A stretch of DNA of 64,000 nucleotides from Nitrosopumilus sp. (GTDB lineage: Archaea > Thermoproteota > Nitrososphaeria > Nitrososphaerales > Nitrosopumilaceae): positions 960,001-1,024,000 of the forward strand of contig OZ242186.1 of the NCBI GenBank assembly GCA_965205675.1, written 5' to 3'. A model generated the notes under the pieces. It was not told where the DNA came from. It made no database searches and worked only from the letters and a program-made list of their open reading frames with translations. Shown here in pieces: positions 21,759-31,190 of the stretch. The translations under genes were made by a program, and so were the position numbers. Position 1 is the first letter of the stretch; each line of letters opens with the position of its first letter.

Positions 21759-22024
21759 TAGTCATTAACTGTAAATTCAAACAGTCCTTTTTTACCCGTG
21801 ATTATTTTAAGTTCATCATCTTCTGTAAATGAATGCTTTTCATATAACTGGGTCAACATAATGCAATTTTTGTTATTTACTCTCATATTGTAAATTTTCC
21901 CCATGAATTTTACCTTAAAAATTTCATCTTTTGGTGGAAATTCTTCTCTAATTATTTTTGGTAATCCTACATACTTGTATTTAGCTTCACTTGCAGACAA
22001 GCTCTTTACAAAATTAACAACCAT
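21731..22024 (-). CDS. Small putative B3/EcoRII-N-like DNA-binding protein (stop codon hit by MITE)
   Basis: Start coupled to the REase stop (TAATG); FVKSLSASEAKYKYVGLP resembles the B3 pseudobarrel KxLtxSD motif; MITE removal restores FTVND*. Confidence 0.5.
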   Translation of the reverse strand: MVVNFVKSLSASEAKYKYVGLPKIIREEFPPKDEIFKVKFMGKIYNMRVNNKNCIMLTQLYEKHSFTEDDELKIITGKKGLFEFTVNDYSEKIKFVN

Positions 22025-22737
22025 TACCCCATCACCTTTTCTCTGTTTGAGAAACATAAATCAAGATTGTCTGGAAATACTCTAAACCCAGTTCCATGAT
22101 CATGAGGTCTACCATCTGGATATTGTCCAATTCTTATGTCAACTAGAATTTTACCTTCTTTGAGTAATTTTATAAAATTATCAAAATCAAATCCGTTCAT
22201 CAGCCATGCCTCATTGTAATGAAATTCTTCATTTTTGCCCCTACCTTTAGAATCAGCTTTGACATACAAAAGGTTCTGTGGATATTTGCGATTAAATTGA
22301 GTTTCAAGTTCTTGTTTTTCCCAATATGGGGTTTCCATGTCGCCATAATCACAATGATCAATTTCTATTCTGGAATCATTGATAGTTAGAATAAATCCAT
22401 CATTTCCGTAAAGAGTATTTCTTGAAACTGCATCAAAGGTTGTATGTAATTTCTTTCTACCATTATCTGCTTTACGACCAAACCGTTCAAGCAGTTTGAC
22501 ATTTATTTTTTCAGGCATTGGTGCTTTTGTGAATAGTGTAAGCATACTTGGCGAACCTTTTCTTGCTGATTTTAATTCTGTAAAATGTCCGTTAGGTCCT
22601 GGAATATTATTTTCCTCAATGCCCAACAAATCCTCTAATGTTTTGCCAATACCTGTGTTTCCAGATCTATGGGTTGTTACAAATCCTGATTCACTGACTT
22701 TTTTTAGATCTACAAGAAGCTCATCATATCTTTTCAC
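22024..22737 (-). CDS. MvaI/BcnI-family type II restriction endonuclease
   Basis: HRSGNTGIGKTLEDLLGIEENN, ELKSAR, LTLFTKAP, DHGTGFR; 237 aa. Confidence 0.92.
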   Translation of the reverse strand: MKRYDELLVDLKKVSESGFVTTHRSGNTGIGKTLEDLLGIEENNIPGPNGHFTELKSARKGSPSMLTLFTKAPMPEKINVKLLERFGRKADNGRKKLHTTFDAVSRNTLYGNDGFILTINDSRIEIDHCDYGDMETPYWEKQELETQFNRKYPQNLLYVKADSKGRGKNEEFHYNEAWLMNGFDFDNFIKLLKEGKILVDIRIGQYPDGRPHDHGTGFRVFPDNLDLCFSNREKVMG

Positions 22738-22745
22738 AAATCAAC

Positions 22746-24065
22746 TCAATATTTCATAATAATAACACTTTCTCGGGTCATGGTTTTGCCTGTCTCTTTT
22801 GTGATGTTCTCAGGTGCATTCTTTGAGGGCATTGATTTGTTTGGTATGTTTCTCTGAATTATCTTATCCACCTTGAACCCATATTTCATCCCTAATTCAA
22901 TGGTGATTAAGTCAGTTGGTATGACTACACGCCTTACTGTCCTGTTTGCCACAACAAAACAGCAATAACTTTTCTTAGGAACTAGATTCTGAGATATTTC
23001 ATCTAGACACTTGTCTAAATCATAAAAGAATGAATATACTGCCTCTGTTCTGCATGGTTTCTTATTTTTTGTCATTGCAATGTCATTTTTTCTAACTTTA
23101 TCTAGTGTCGTGTTTAGTATTCCAGAACCCAAATCTCCACCTATTCTGTATTGACCACCCAAGCCAACAGAATCAACAGTTAGTGCTTTTTCTTCTTGTA
23201 ATTCTAACCAAAGGCTAGAATGCTTTGAGAATTGACCATAAGCTACAGTGGTTCCATGATCACCATAAGGCGGTGAGGTTACTACAAGATGAACTTTTTT
23301 GTCTTGTAGTATGTTGTTGTTAATTTTTTTAAAATTACCTGTAATGTCTCTTGAATCTCCCAACAATATGTGAGCTTTACCTTTAGGCATTGCATCAACC
23401 ATCTCAGTCATTTTGATTATGTTGTTTTCTGCAATCTGTTTGAACATATCCATTGGTTGTGGGTTAAATTCTATCTTGTCTGAATCTGAAATTCTATGAA
23501 TTTTCCAAGCACCGTTACGCTGATAGCTTGATTTCCTAACCGTCAAAGAGAAACATATTTTGAAAAAATCCCTTACGTCTTCATCACGAATCTTAAAGAC
23601 ATTGTGTTTTAGAGTAGTGAGTATTTTTATTGTATCTGGTTTGTACCAATTTTCAACATCTAGTTTGTTTGGAAGACATTCTAAATGATATTCTCGGTTA
23701 AGATAATCTCTAGCTGAATTTGAAAGTATTCTTGTCAGTGTTGGATTCAAGTCTTTGTGTATTGGAGTTGTTTTTACCTTTGAAAGTAATGTGGCAAAGG
23801 GGTTTATGTCAATTCCAATAGTTTGGTTTCCGTGCATCATTGCTTCAAGCAATACGCCACCTGAACCCATAAACGGGTCAAGAACAACATCTGTTTTATC
23901 TTTGGAATATTTTTCAATTACTTGTTTGGCAATTTCTGGATGCATCCTTGCGGGGTACAAATGCAAGGCATGAGTATATTTTTTGGTGCTTACATCTGCA
24001 AACGTCCATTCCATTTTTTGCAATTGTGATTTGTACAGAAATTCAGTATTTGTAATTTGTGCCAT
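22746..24065 (-). CDS. N4-cytosine DNA methyltransferase, alpha class (M.MvaI-like)
   Basis: THALHLYPARMHP, VLDPFMGSG (motif I) N-terminal to VTSPPY (motif IV). Confidence 0.9.
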   Translation of the reverse strand: MAQITNTEFLYKSQLQKMEWTFADVSTKKYTHALHLYPARMHPEIAKQVIEKYSKDKTDVVLDPFMGSGGVLLEAMMHGNQTIGIDINPFATLLSKVKTTPIHKDLNPTLTRILSNSARDYLNREYHLECLPNKLDVENWYKPDTIKILTTLKHNVFKIRDEDVRDFFKICFSLTVRKSSYQRNGAWKIHRISDSDKIEFNPQPMDMFKQIAENNIIKMTEMVDAMPKGKAHILLGDSRDITGNFKKINNNILQDKKVHLVVTSPPYGDHGTTVAYGQFSKHSSLWLELQEEKALTVDSVGLGGQYRIGGDLGSGILNTTLDKVRKNDIAMTKNKKPCRTEAVYSFFYDLDKCLDEISQNLVPKKSYCCFVVANRTVRRVVIPTDLITIELGMKYGFKVDKIIQRNIPNKSMPSKNAPENITKETGKTMTRESVIIMKY

Positions 24066-24072
24066 CAGTCGA

Positions 24073-24246
24073 TCACTTTTTTATCGGCTTGACATTGATT
24101 ATAAGATTACTTTTCTCAGCTTTAATCTCCCATTCCAACTGATCCTTTTCTTTTAGATCAAAATGGGTTATGATGCTTTGAGGTATTGTTGTTCTCAAGC
24201 TCATAGAAGTAGTGGTAGCTTTGTTAATCGATGTCTTTTCTCCCAT
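24073..24246 (-). CDS. AbrB/MazE-like DNA-binding protein
   Basis: SLRTTIPQSIITHFDLKEKDQLEW swapped-hairpin pattern; first gene of the R-M operon. Confidence 0.8.
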   Translation of the reverse strand: MGEKTSINKATTTSMSLRTTIPQSIITHFDLKEKDQLEWEIKAEKSNLIINVKPIKK

Positions 24247-24331
24247 AGGTAACAAGATAAGGCATTGTCTATTATAGTTACCTATTACCTATAACGTTAC
24301 CTTTATATCAATGGGTAACAGTATAGGTAAC
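24245..24331. promoter_or_regulatory. Divergent promoter with repeated GTTACCT/AGGTAAC operator-like boxes
   Basis: ATAGGTAAC 24245-24253, GTTACCTAT 24277-24285, GTTACCT 24296-24302, GGGTAAC 24313-24319, ATAGGTAAC 24323-24331 around TATA-like TTTATAT 24302-24308. Confidence 0.65.
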
Positions 24332-25666
24332 ATGAATAGAAAACAAAAAGCAAATCAAATATTCTCAAAAGCAAATAAGATTAGAAAAATTTCAAAGAAT
24401 CATTACGCTGTAGATTCTCAAAACTCAGACAAATCATACAATGTTAGAAAATTACCAAAATCGGATGTATGGACTTGTGAGTGCAAGGATTTTCATTTCA
24501 GATTACGAAAACTAGATGATAAACATTGTAAGCACATTAAATCATGTATCCTATTACAAGATAGTATAAACACAGAAAACAAAATAGAGCAAGTATCACA
24601 ACCCAAAGTTTGTCCTAAATGTCAATCATCATGTATTGTAAAAAATGGATTTAGAAAGCTAAAGAATGGAGGACAGAGACAAAAGCACAGGTGCAACCAA
24701 TGCAAGTACAGATTCATTTTAGGTGAAAATGGATTTTCCAAAGTTTCATCTGATCCTAAAATAATCTCTGAATCATTGAATCTGGTTATGAGTGGAATGT
24801 CATATCGTAACATTGCACGACACATTGAGACAGTACACCAAATCAAGATTAGTCATGTATCTGTGAATAACTGGATTAGTAAATACACACAACTAATCAA
24901 AGATTATGTTGATACTCTAAACCCTGAGTTGTCTGATGTGTGGAGCTTGGATGAAATGTATCTCAATGTCAAAAATACAAAAAAGACTGGAAAGGGATTT
25001 CATGATTGGTTATGGAGTATCATTGATCCTAAAACTAGATTTCTTATTGCTACAGAAGTATCAAAGAAAAGGGAAATTTCTGATGCAAGAAAGATTATTT
25101 CAAGTGGCAAGAAGATAATATCTAAAAATCCAAATTATGTATTAACTGACTGTCTAAATTCATATCAAGAAGCAATAAGAAAAGAGTTTGAAAATAAGAC
25201 TGCACATATCAAGACAAAGTCCCTCAAAGAAGGATTTGTGAACAGACCTATAGAACGGTATCATAATGAAATTAGAGAAAGACTCAAAGCTAGACGTGGA
25301 TTAGGCAATGATGAATCTGCACAGATGTTTTCAGAGTTGTTAAAGATAAATCATAACTTTGTCAAGCCACATCAAGGGTTAGATGGACAAACACCAGCTC
25401 AAGCTGCAAATATTGATCTAAATCTAGGTGATAACAAATATCTAGATTTGATAAAACTGTCTGGAACTAAAGTGAACTTTGTAAACAATTTAGGAAAGAG
25501 AATTAAAAAAGTTACAATAGTTAATGAGGGTGATTCCATTAAAGTTACTCCTACAGGATGGATTGATAAAAAAATATGGAGGGAGATAAACGATATTTTG
25601 AAACTTCATAAATTTAGTTGGTTATCAAATGGAAAAGATAGCTGTTGGCTGAAGATAATTTCCTGA
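24332..25666 (+). CDS. DDE transposase (IS6/IS240-like core) with N-terminal SWIM finger, zinc ribbon, HTH and extra C-terminal domain
   Basis: WTCECKDF...HCKH (SWIM); CPKC...CNQC; WSLDE, LTD, IERYHNEIRER, HNFVKPH; alternative start 24311. Confidence 0.88.
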   Translation: MNRKQKANQIFSKANKIRKISKNHYAVDSQNSDKSYNVRKLPKSDVWTCECKDFHFRLRKLDDKHCKHIKSCILLQDSINTENKIEQVSQPKVCPKCQSSCIVKNGFRKLKNGGQRQKHRCNQCKYRFILGENGFSKVSSDPKIISESLNLVMSGMSYRNIARHIETVHQIKISHVSVNNWISKYTQLIKDYVDTLNPELSDVWSLDEMYLNVKNTKKTGKGFHDWLWSIIDPKTRFLIATEVSKKREISDARKIISSGKKIISKNPNYVLTDCLNSYQEAIRKEFENKTAHIKTKSLKEGFVNRPIERYHNEIRERLKARRGLGNDESAQMFSELLKINHNFVKPHQGLDGQTPAQAANIDLNLGDNKYLDLIKLSGTKVNFVNNLGKRIKKVTIVNEGDSIKVTPTGWIDKKIWREINDILKLHKFSWLSNGKDSCWLKIIS

Positions 25667-25840
25667 TTTTCTCATTTCTTGCACTTTGTTAATTGCGTTT
25701 AGTGTATGATTTGTTATGACCTCAATGATTTCATTTTGAGAAACATCATAATCCATTTCATCATCTACAAACATGAATAATATTTCATCTAATTTTTCTT
25801 CATATTGGTTTTTAGTTTCTGTCTTCCTATTTTTTGACAT
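25625..25840 (-). CDS. Small hypothetical passenger protein of the transposon
   Basis: 71-aa ORF inside the right TIR, overlapping the transposase 3' end. Confidence 0.5.
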   Translation of the reverse strand: MSKNRKTETKNQYEEKLDEILFMFVDDEMDYDVSQNEIIEVITNHTLNAINKVQEMRKSGNYLQPTAIFSI

Positions 25841-25882
25841 ACTCTTGATGTATCTCAGTATCTAATATGTTGTAACTACGAT

Positions 25883-25960
25883 CACCCTAACTTAACACCC
25901 GTCACCCTGATTGAACACTCGGGTGAAAATCGAGAAATGACACTAAGATTGAACAGTGTA
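25883..25960 (-). repeat. Right 78-bp TIR
   Basis: Exact reverse complement of 21548-21625. Confidence 0.95.
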
Positions 25961-26102
25961 AAAAAGTGGGCAGAATTGGCAGGAGGTAATTATTTCTTTT
26001 ATCTCGTTAACAAAAACAGTGTCGAACAATTTATGACAGATATTGGAAAATTATGATTTGTAAATAGTTTAGTGCATTAATATCGTAATTGTTCTAATCC
26101 AT

Positions 26103-26189
26103 CACACCAATTTAACACTCATCACCCTAATTGAACACTCAGTTGAAAATCGTGAAATTGATAAAATGATACTAAGATTGAACAGTGGA
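26103..26189 (-). repeat. Diverged right TIR of an older related transposon
   Basis: CACACCAATTTAACACTCATCACCCTAATTGAACACTC...ACTAAGATTGAACAGTGGA is colinear with 25883-25960, with substitutions and a short insertion. Confidence 0.85.
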
Positions 26190-26204
26190 CTATTTTACAT
26201 AAAT

Positions 26205-26702
26205 TCATTGTATCAATTCAGGATATAATGAAATTGCACCTTTTGCAGTGATTATTCCCATCTCTGAGAGATAGTATTTTCTCCCTTTTCTAATTACATG
26301 TTCTGCTGATACCAATTCATCTAAAATTGCATTGGAATTCATATGTATTGCAGATGATGATGTAATTGCATGATTTTGTAATAGATACACAAGAACTTCT
26401 TCATTTCTATCAGGTGTAGGATAGTATGTTGTACGCATTAACATTTTTTGTACATGTATTGGCATTGATGTTATTCCATTTTTTGATTTCATCTGAATAT
26501 GAGTTGCCTGCTCCAAATGTGTTATGTTAATCTTTTTTGATTCTAATTGTTTTTGGCATGCTTCAATCAAAGCAAGTGCTTTTTGTACTGTTCTAAAATT
26601 TAATTCTGTTTTTTCACTTAATTTGTTTAATGTGTATGGCTTTCCATTTGCAATAGTTTTCATTATTTGTAGAGTTGCACTGGTAAGATCTGTTCTAGAC
26701 AT
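26205..26702 (-). CDS. Putative winged-helix DNA-binding protein
   Basis: YTLNKLSEKTELNFRTVQKAL HTH; C-term YYLSEMG wing. Confidence 0.65.
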   Translation of the reverse strand: MSRTDLTSATLQIMKTIANGKPYTLNKLSEKTELNFRTVQKALALIEACQKQLESKKINITHLEQATHIQMKSKNGITSMPIHVQKMLMRTTYYPTPDRNEEVLVYLLQNHAITSSSAIHMNSNAILDELVSAEHVIRKGRKYYLSEMGIITAKGAISLYPELIQ

Positions 26703-26755
26703 TATGTATAATTATACAATATCATTATATAATACTTGTTGTATAATTATACAGT

Positions 26756-27058
26756 ATGGATGACTATGAGATTGCGATATTATTGCAGGCATACAACAAG
26801 GGAATAATTGGAATGCGAAATTATGTTGCCATAGAAAAATTCTCAAAAATGATTAATTGGAAAAAGATATCCTCAGTATACAGAATAAAAAAAAGATTCA
26901 AGTCAGTTGTCCAAAAACTAGTCAAACATAAACTACTTTCAGATGATGGTAAAAGTATGGCAGTATTGTATCTTGACAAACTTGGGGTATCATACATTAT
27001 TGGTATGATTGAGAATGAACCTGAACACATATCAAAAATTTCATCAAAGATAGAGTGA
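26756..27058 (+). CDS. Small hypothetical protein, possible winged helix
   Basis: VQKLVKHKLL...LYLDKLG; divergent from the previous gene. Confidence 0.55.
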   Translation: MDDYEIAILLQAYNKGIIGMRNYVAIEKFSKMINWKKISSVYRIKKRFKSVVQKLVKHKLLSDDGKSMAVLYLDKLGVSYIIGMIENEPEHISKISSKIE

Positions 27059-28024
27059 GATTACAATTCAATATTTTATAAATTTAGATTTTGATAATAC
27101 AAATTTGATTCTTTAGATATTTCCTCACTGGTGCTGAGATTTTTATTTTGAATTTTTTCCAACACATCAACTCTTTTTTGAAAGTTTTCTCTGATGTTGC
27201 TAATACCTGACACACTGCTTACATCATTTAATTTTGTGCTTTTCTCTAATAATTCGTATGTATCAAGCTTCACACATAAATCAATACCATTACACAAAAA
27301 GATCTAAGATCAGCTAAATCATTCTACAATACATGTCAGAGTGTGGTCATGAGAAAATCATTTTACAATTACAAGAGGAGATACGACAACTCAAAGCAAT
27401 CATAGAGAAATTAGTAGAATCAAACAAAGATTTGCAAAAAAGATTATCATACTATGAAAATCCACACTCACCACCATCAAAAAATTCACTTGAATGGAGA
27501 AAACAGAAACAAGATGCAAAGAAAAACAGAGATTCTGATTCTGGCAAATCAAAACGTGGTGGCATACCAGGTCACAAGGGCACAACACAGAAATTCACCC
27601 CAACCAGTACCATACATCACAAATGTTTAGAATGTCCCAAATGTGGAAGTGAAGATATCCTTCAAATCAAGACTGCCAAAAGAATAATGGTTGAAATCCC
27701 TCCACCAACTCAATACATTGCAACTGAGCATGTCTTGTATCAATACAATTGTAAGAACAGCTCTGATAGTTTCAAGACAGATGGAAATCTTCCACCATGT
27801 GGATGCTTTGATGCTTCTGCAATACGTGAGGCAGTCTCATTATTCTCAAAGAGAATGCCATACGATACCATTAGAGTAACTCTTCAAGAAAGATATGGAT
27901 TGAAAATTAGTTGCACTACAGTACAATCTATTCTTCGCACTGGCAGTATTATGTTAGAACCATTGGAGTGGACTCCTGTTTTTAGTACCACTTTTTGCAT
28001 AATCTTACATACAGTCTGATTCAT

Positions 28025-28846
28025 TTATGTTTTCATCTCCCATAACTCCATGAATTCATCAGGAGTAAGGTATCCTAACGCTGAATGAATCCTGGAACCA
28101 TTGTAATCGATTCGTGCTTTCTCTAGAGCAACTTCGGCTTCCTGATAGTTTGCAAACTCGTACCTCCACAAGTATTCCTTCTTGAGTGTCTTGTGGAATG
28201 ATTCGACATGTCCGTTTTGTTCTGGCGTGTGGTGCCAGATGAATTCGTGTCTTATTCCAAGTAGAACAACTGCTTTTCTGAAATCTCGGCTGTTGTATTG
28301 CGAACCGTTGTCAGTTCTGAGAATCAGTTTTGTGCAATCAGGCTTTGCAGTAGCTACTGCATTAATGATGCTGTTAATTGCAGTGCTCTTTGGAGCTGCC
28401 ACATCAAATGAATGCCAAATCCATTTCCTGCTAAATGCATCAATCACGTTAAAGCAGTAGCACCATCTGTCAACCCCACACCAGACATATGTGATGTCTG
28501 TCTGCCACAACTGGTTTGGTGCATCAGGCTTGAATAATGTTCTGGCAGATTTGATGATGTCATTTTTGGTCTTTTTAGGCCCAATCCAGCCCAATTTGTG
28601 AAATATTCTTCTGATTTGTTTTCTGTTTACAGGCTTGTTCAGTTCCCTTGAGACTTGGGATGCCATGCGTCTGGTTCCATAAGTTGGCCTTTGTTTTCCA
28701 ATCTTTTGAACTACATCAGTTACTGCAGGATCTGTCTGAATCCTTCTTGGTGACTTTGAGTAATACCATTTGGATTTTGAGACTCCAATTAATAACAATG
28801 ACTTGTTCAAACTGATGTGTTTGTTCAGTTGATTCACTGCAGTCAT
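28025..28846 (-). CDS. IS3 transposase OrfB (integrase core)
   Basis: YGTRR, WQTDITY, RTDNGSQY, TPEQNGHVESFH, YN..RIHSALGYLTP. Confidence 0.93.
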   Translation of the reverse strand: MTAVNQLNKHISLNKSLLLIGVSKSKWYYSKSPRRIQTDPAVTDVVQKIGKQRPTYGTRRMASQVSRELNKPVNRKQIRRIFHKLGWIGPKKTKNDIIKSARTLFKPDAPNQLWQTDITYVWCGVDRWCYCFNVIDAFSRKWIWHSFDVAAPKSTAINSIINAVATAKPDCTKLILRTDNGSQYNSRDFRKAVVLLGIRHEFIWHHTPEQNGHVESFHKTLKKEYLWRYEFANYQEAEVALEKARIDYNGSRIHSALGYLTPDEFMELWEMKT

Positions 28847-29133
28847 CTTTTCTGGTTCTCCAACGTTTTTTTTAAAATGTCATTGGCAATTGTGATCTCG
28901 CCGATTAGTTTTTTGAGGGAATCATTTTCCTTTTGCAGATTCTTGCAGACATCTCCGTTTGGTGTGCCATTTAATGATGCCTTGCCACCTTCTACAAATC
29001 GTTCCCTCCATTGGTAGAATGTCTGTGGATGAATATTGTACTTTCTGCACAACTCTGCAGTTGCAATGTTTGTGTTTAGTGACTCTAAAACCCCTCTTGA
29101 CTTTTCTGCTGATGTGAATTTGCTCTTTACCAT
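28843..29133 (-). CDS. IS3 transposase OrfA
   Basis: HTH AELCRKYNIHPQTFYQWR plus leucine zipper; ATGA overlap with orfB. Confidence 0.92.
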   Translation of the reverse strand: MVKSKFTSAEKSRGVLESLNTNIATAELCRKYNIHPQTFYQWRERFVEGGKASLNGTPNGDVCKNLQKENDSLKKLIGEITIANDILKKTLENQKR

Positions 29134-30100
29134 GAGGGTAAGCCTCCCAAGTTATCTGAAAAGTGTATGTATGCTACTGGTCCTACTCTAGAGGGGACCA
29201 GACCACCATTGTACCACAGTAGATGGGAAAGTAACTCAATTTAGATCAAAAACTATCAATCACTCAATCAATCTATTCAGATAGAAAAAGCTTGATGGAA
29301 GTATGTCACTCCATCAAATATGCATTGTACTTCATTTGATACCATGACACACCAAGGCGTGATACTATCTAAAGCATTTGAGATTATCACTAAAATAATG
29401 TACAATATCTTGTTGTTTCCATGCTCTAGTAAAAATAACTCACGGTTCCACAATGCAGATGCACATAATTCTGTCATGTCATTGTGTTTGGGAAATTCAT
29501 ATTCTGAATCTGGATTAAAGAGACTGGCGATGGAATCAGATAATGCTTCTCCAACTGGTTTCATGGTTGAGAAAAATCATATCAAAAATATCACAAAAAA
29601 CAATGCAAATTCAATTACATCGTTCACTGGATAGTACAGTATCAAAATTACAAGAACTGGGAGTATTGGAACAACCAGTTACTGTAGCAATTGACAAACA
29701 TCTAATCCCAAGATATGACAAATTGCCAAACCATTCTTTAATAAAATCAAAATCTAAAAACAGTACTACTCATTTTGAGAGTTACTGCACCATGCAGTGC
29801 GTTGAAAAAAGAATCAGGGCTCAATTAGGTTGTTATCCTTTGTATGACAACAAATCAAATGCCGATTTTGTGCGTAAATTACTCTCTGATGGCATCAATA
29901 ATGGAATCAAGATTAAACTATTGCTAGTGGATAGGGAGTTTTTCACAGCTGGAACAATTTCAGAAATAAAACAAAAGAATCTGAAATTTCTAATGCCTGC
30001 ATAAAAGAATTCTCGAATCAAAGATGCAATTGTACAATACGTTAATGGAGATAGAAAGTCAATCTCGCCATACACAATAAAATCATCATCAGGACATGTA

Positions 30101-31190
30101 TACCTCGGAGCATAATTCTTTGCAATTTTTCAAAACAAATAGTAATACTTTTTGATCAGTAGTTAGAAATAATTTCATGGACATCACAAATGACGAGTTA
30201 CTCCAGGCCTACAAAAAAGAAAAGTACGGTAAGAAAAAGGAAAGACTGCATGCAATGTGTATAATTAAGATCAACAAATCTACAATTGCTGAAACTGCAA
30301 GCCAAATGTTTTGTACATACAATTCTGTAAGGAACTGCCTTGATTCATTTGAAAAATATGGATTGGGGGGTCTGGAGGACCTCCCTCGTTCTGGCCGTCC
30401 GCCATTAATTTCACACAAAAAATTACAAAAAATAGAGCGTACATTTAAGAGAATTTCAGATGGAATGACTTCAAAAAAACTGATACAATTCATATTTTAC
30501 AGAACACGCATTACATATCATATCACTCATGTGCGTCGTTTGATGCACAAATGGAATCTAAAACCAAAGGTTCCACAAAAGGTACATGTGCGAGCAGCAT
30601 CCAAGGATGTGTGCCGCAAGTGGAAAAACCGCATCATTTCACGCATAGAAAAGGCAAAAAAGAAAGGTTTTACAGTATTTATCCAAGACGAGTCTGTATT
30701 TGTAGACGATGTACGTCTTGGCAAAAAATACTGGACAGATGCACACCAACGAATGATTGTACGTTGGAGAGGATCACATCAAAGATTTTTGGTTTATGGA
30801 AATGATGATAATCAAAGTTTTTTTAGATCGTATGAAAAATTTAATTCAATTGCATTTATAGATTATTTGGAGGCAGCTCGTAGAAAATTTGGAAAAATAT
30901 TTGTTATCGTCGATAGAGCACCACAACACAAAGCTAATGATGTAAAAAAATATCTGCACAAAAACAAAGATGTCAAACTGGCATATCTTCTGAGAGGCTC
31001 CCCGCATTTGAGTATGATTGAAGAGATTTGGAGACAGTGCAAACATGTTAATGTTGAATCAGATTTTTATGAATCTATTCATGAAATGAGGCATACAGTT
31101 ATGGAATATTTTAGAACCCATAAATTTGATTTGAATATGTATCAGTATTTTGCAAGAACAGTGAATTGAAAAGACTTATGATCTGGGGTA
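30101..31190 (+). mobile_element. IS630-family element type C (copy 2)
   Basis: Same TIRs as 19379-20474, TA duplication; excision restores GHVESF of the ISH3 transposase. Confidence 0.93.
30177..31169 (+). CDS. IS630 transposase (330 aa)
   Basis: Close paralogue of 19400-20398. Confidence 0.9.
   Translation: MDITNDELLQAYKKEKYGKKKERLHAMCIIKINKSTIAETASQMFCTYNSVRNCLDSFEKYGLGGLEDLPRSGRPPLISHKKLQKIERTFKRISDGMTSKKLIQFIFYRTRITYHITHVRRLMHKWNLKPKVPQKVHVRAASKDVCRKWKNRIISRIEKAKKKGFTVFIQDESVFVDDVRLGKKYWTDAHQRMIVRWRGSHQRFLVYGNDDNQSFFRSYEKFNSIAFIDYLEAARRKFGKIFVIVDRAPQHKANDVKKYLHKNKDVKLAYLLRGSPHLSMIEEIWRQCKHVNVESDFYESIHEMRHTVMEYFRTHKFDLNMYQYFARTVN

Larger units (their letters stand above)
21548..25960 (+). 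mobile_element. Unit transposon with 78-bp perfect TIRs carrying a type II R-M system
   Basis: TIRs 21548-21625 and 25883-25960; 8-bp TSD AAAAAGTG at 21540-21547 and 25961-25968; internal DDE transposase. Confidence 0.95.
20475..26056 (+). pseudogene. Type III restriction enzyme Res subunit, C-terminal half; 5' half lost at IS630, 3' end split by transposon
   Basis: YVLISVANIESKVSVEQTIGRILR (helicase motif VI), WWYRN, FNPDFII, ITEYKG; removing 21548-25968 restores KEKLGKKWAELAGGNYFFYLV...IGKL* ending 26056. Confidence 0.88.
27964..29205 (-). mobile_element. IS3-family element, complete
   Basis: TG...CA imperfect TIRs (TGGTCTGGTCCCCT / TGGAGTGGACTCCT), 4-bp TSD CCAT at 27960-27963 and 29206-29209. 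Confidence 0.93.
27333..29216 (+). pseudogene. Second, unrelated IS66-type transposase, interrupted by IS3 and truncated by ISH3
   Basis: Coiled coil, ENPHSPPS, GGIPGHKG, CPKCG; frame resumes for 11 bp after IS3 (CCATTGTACCA) before the ISH3 TIR. Confidence 0.8.

Noticed and set aside
22746-24065. The m4C methylase as the missing DISARM methylase (class II DrmMII also targets CCWGG)
   Set aside because: It is an N4-C enzyme with its own REase on a recently inserted transposon about 9 kb away; its specificity is only inferred and no link is shown.
21546-25962. Tn7-like (TGT...ACA, 5-bp TSD) or casposon interpretation of the TIR element
   Set aside because: The right end does not finish in ACA, the duplication is 8 bp, and there is no TnsC/TniQ, Cas1 or PolB gene.
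27076-27297. 73-aa minus-strand ORF
   Set aside because: TTG start next to an IS boundary and no motif; at best a truncated remnant.
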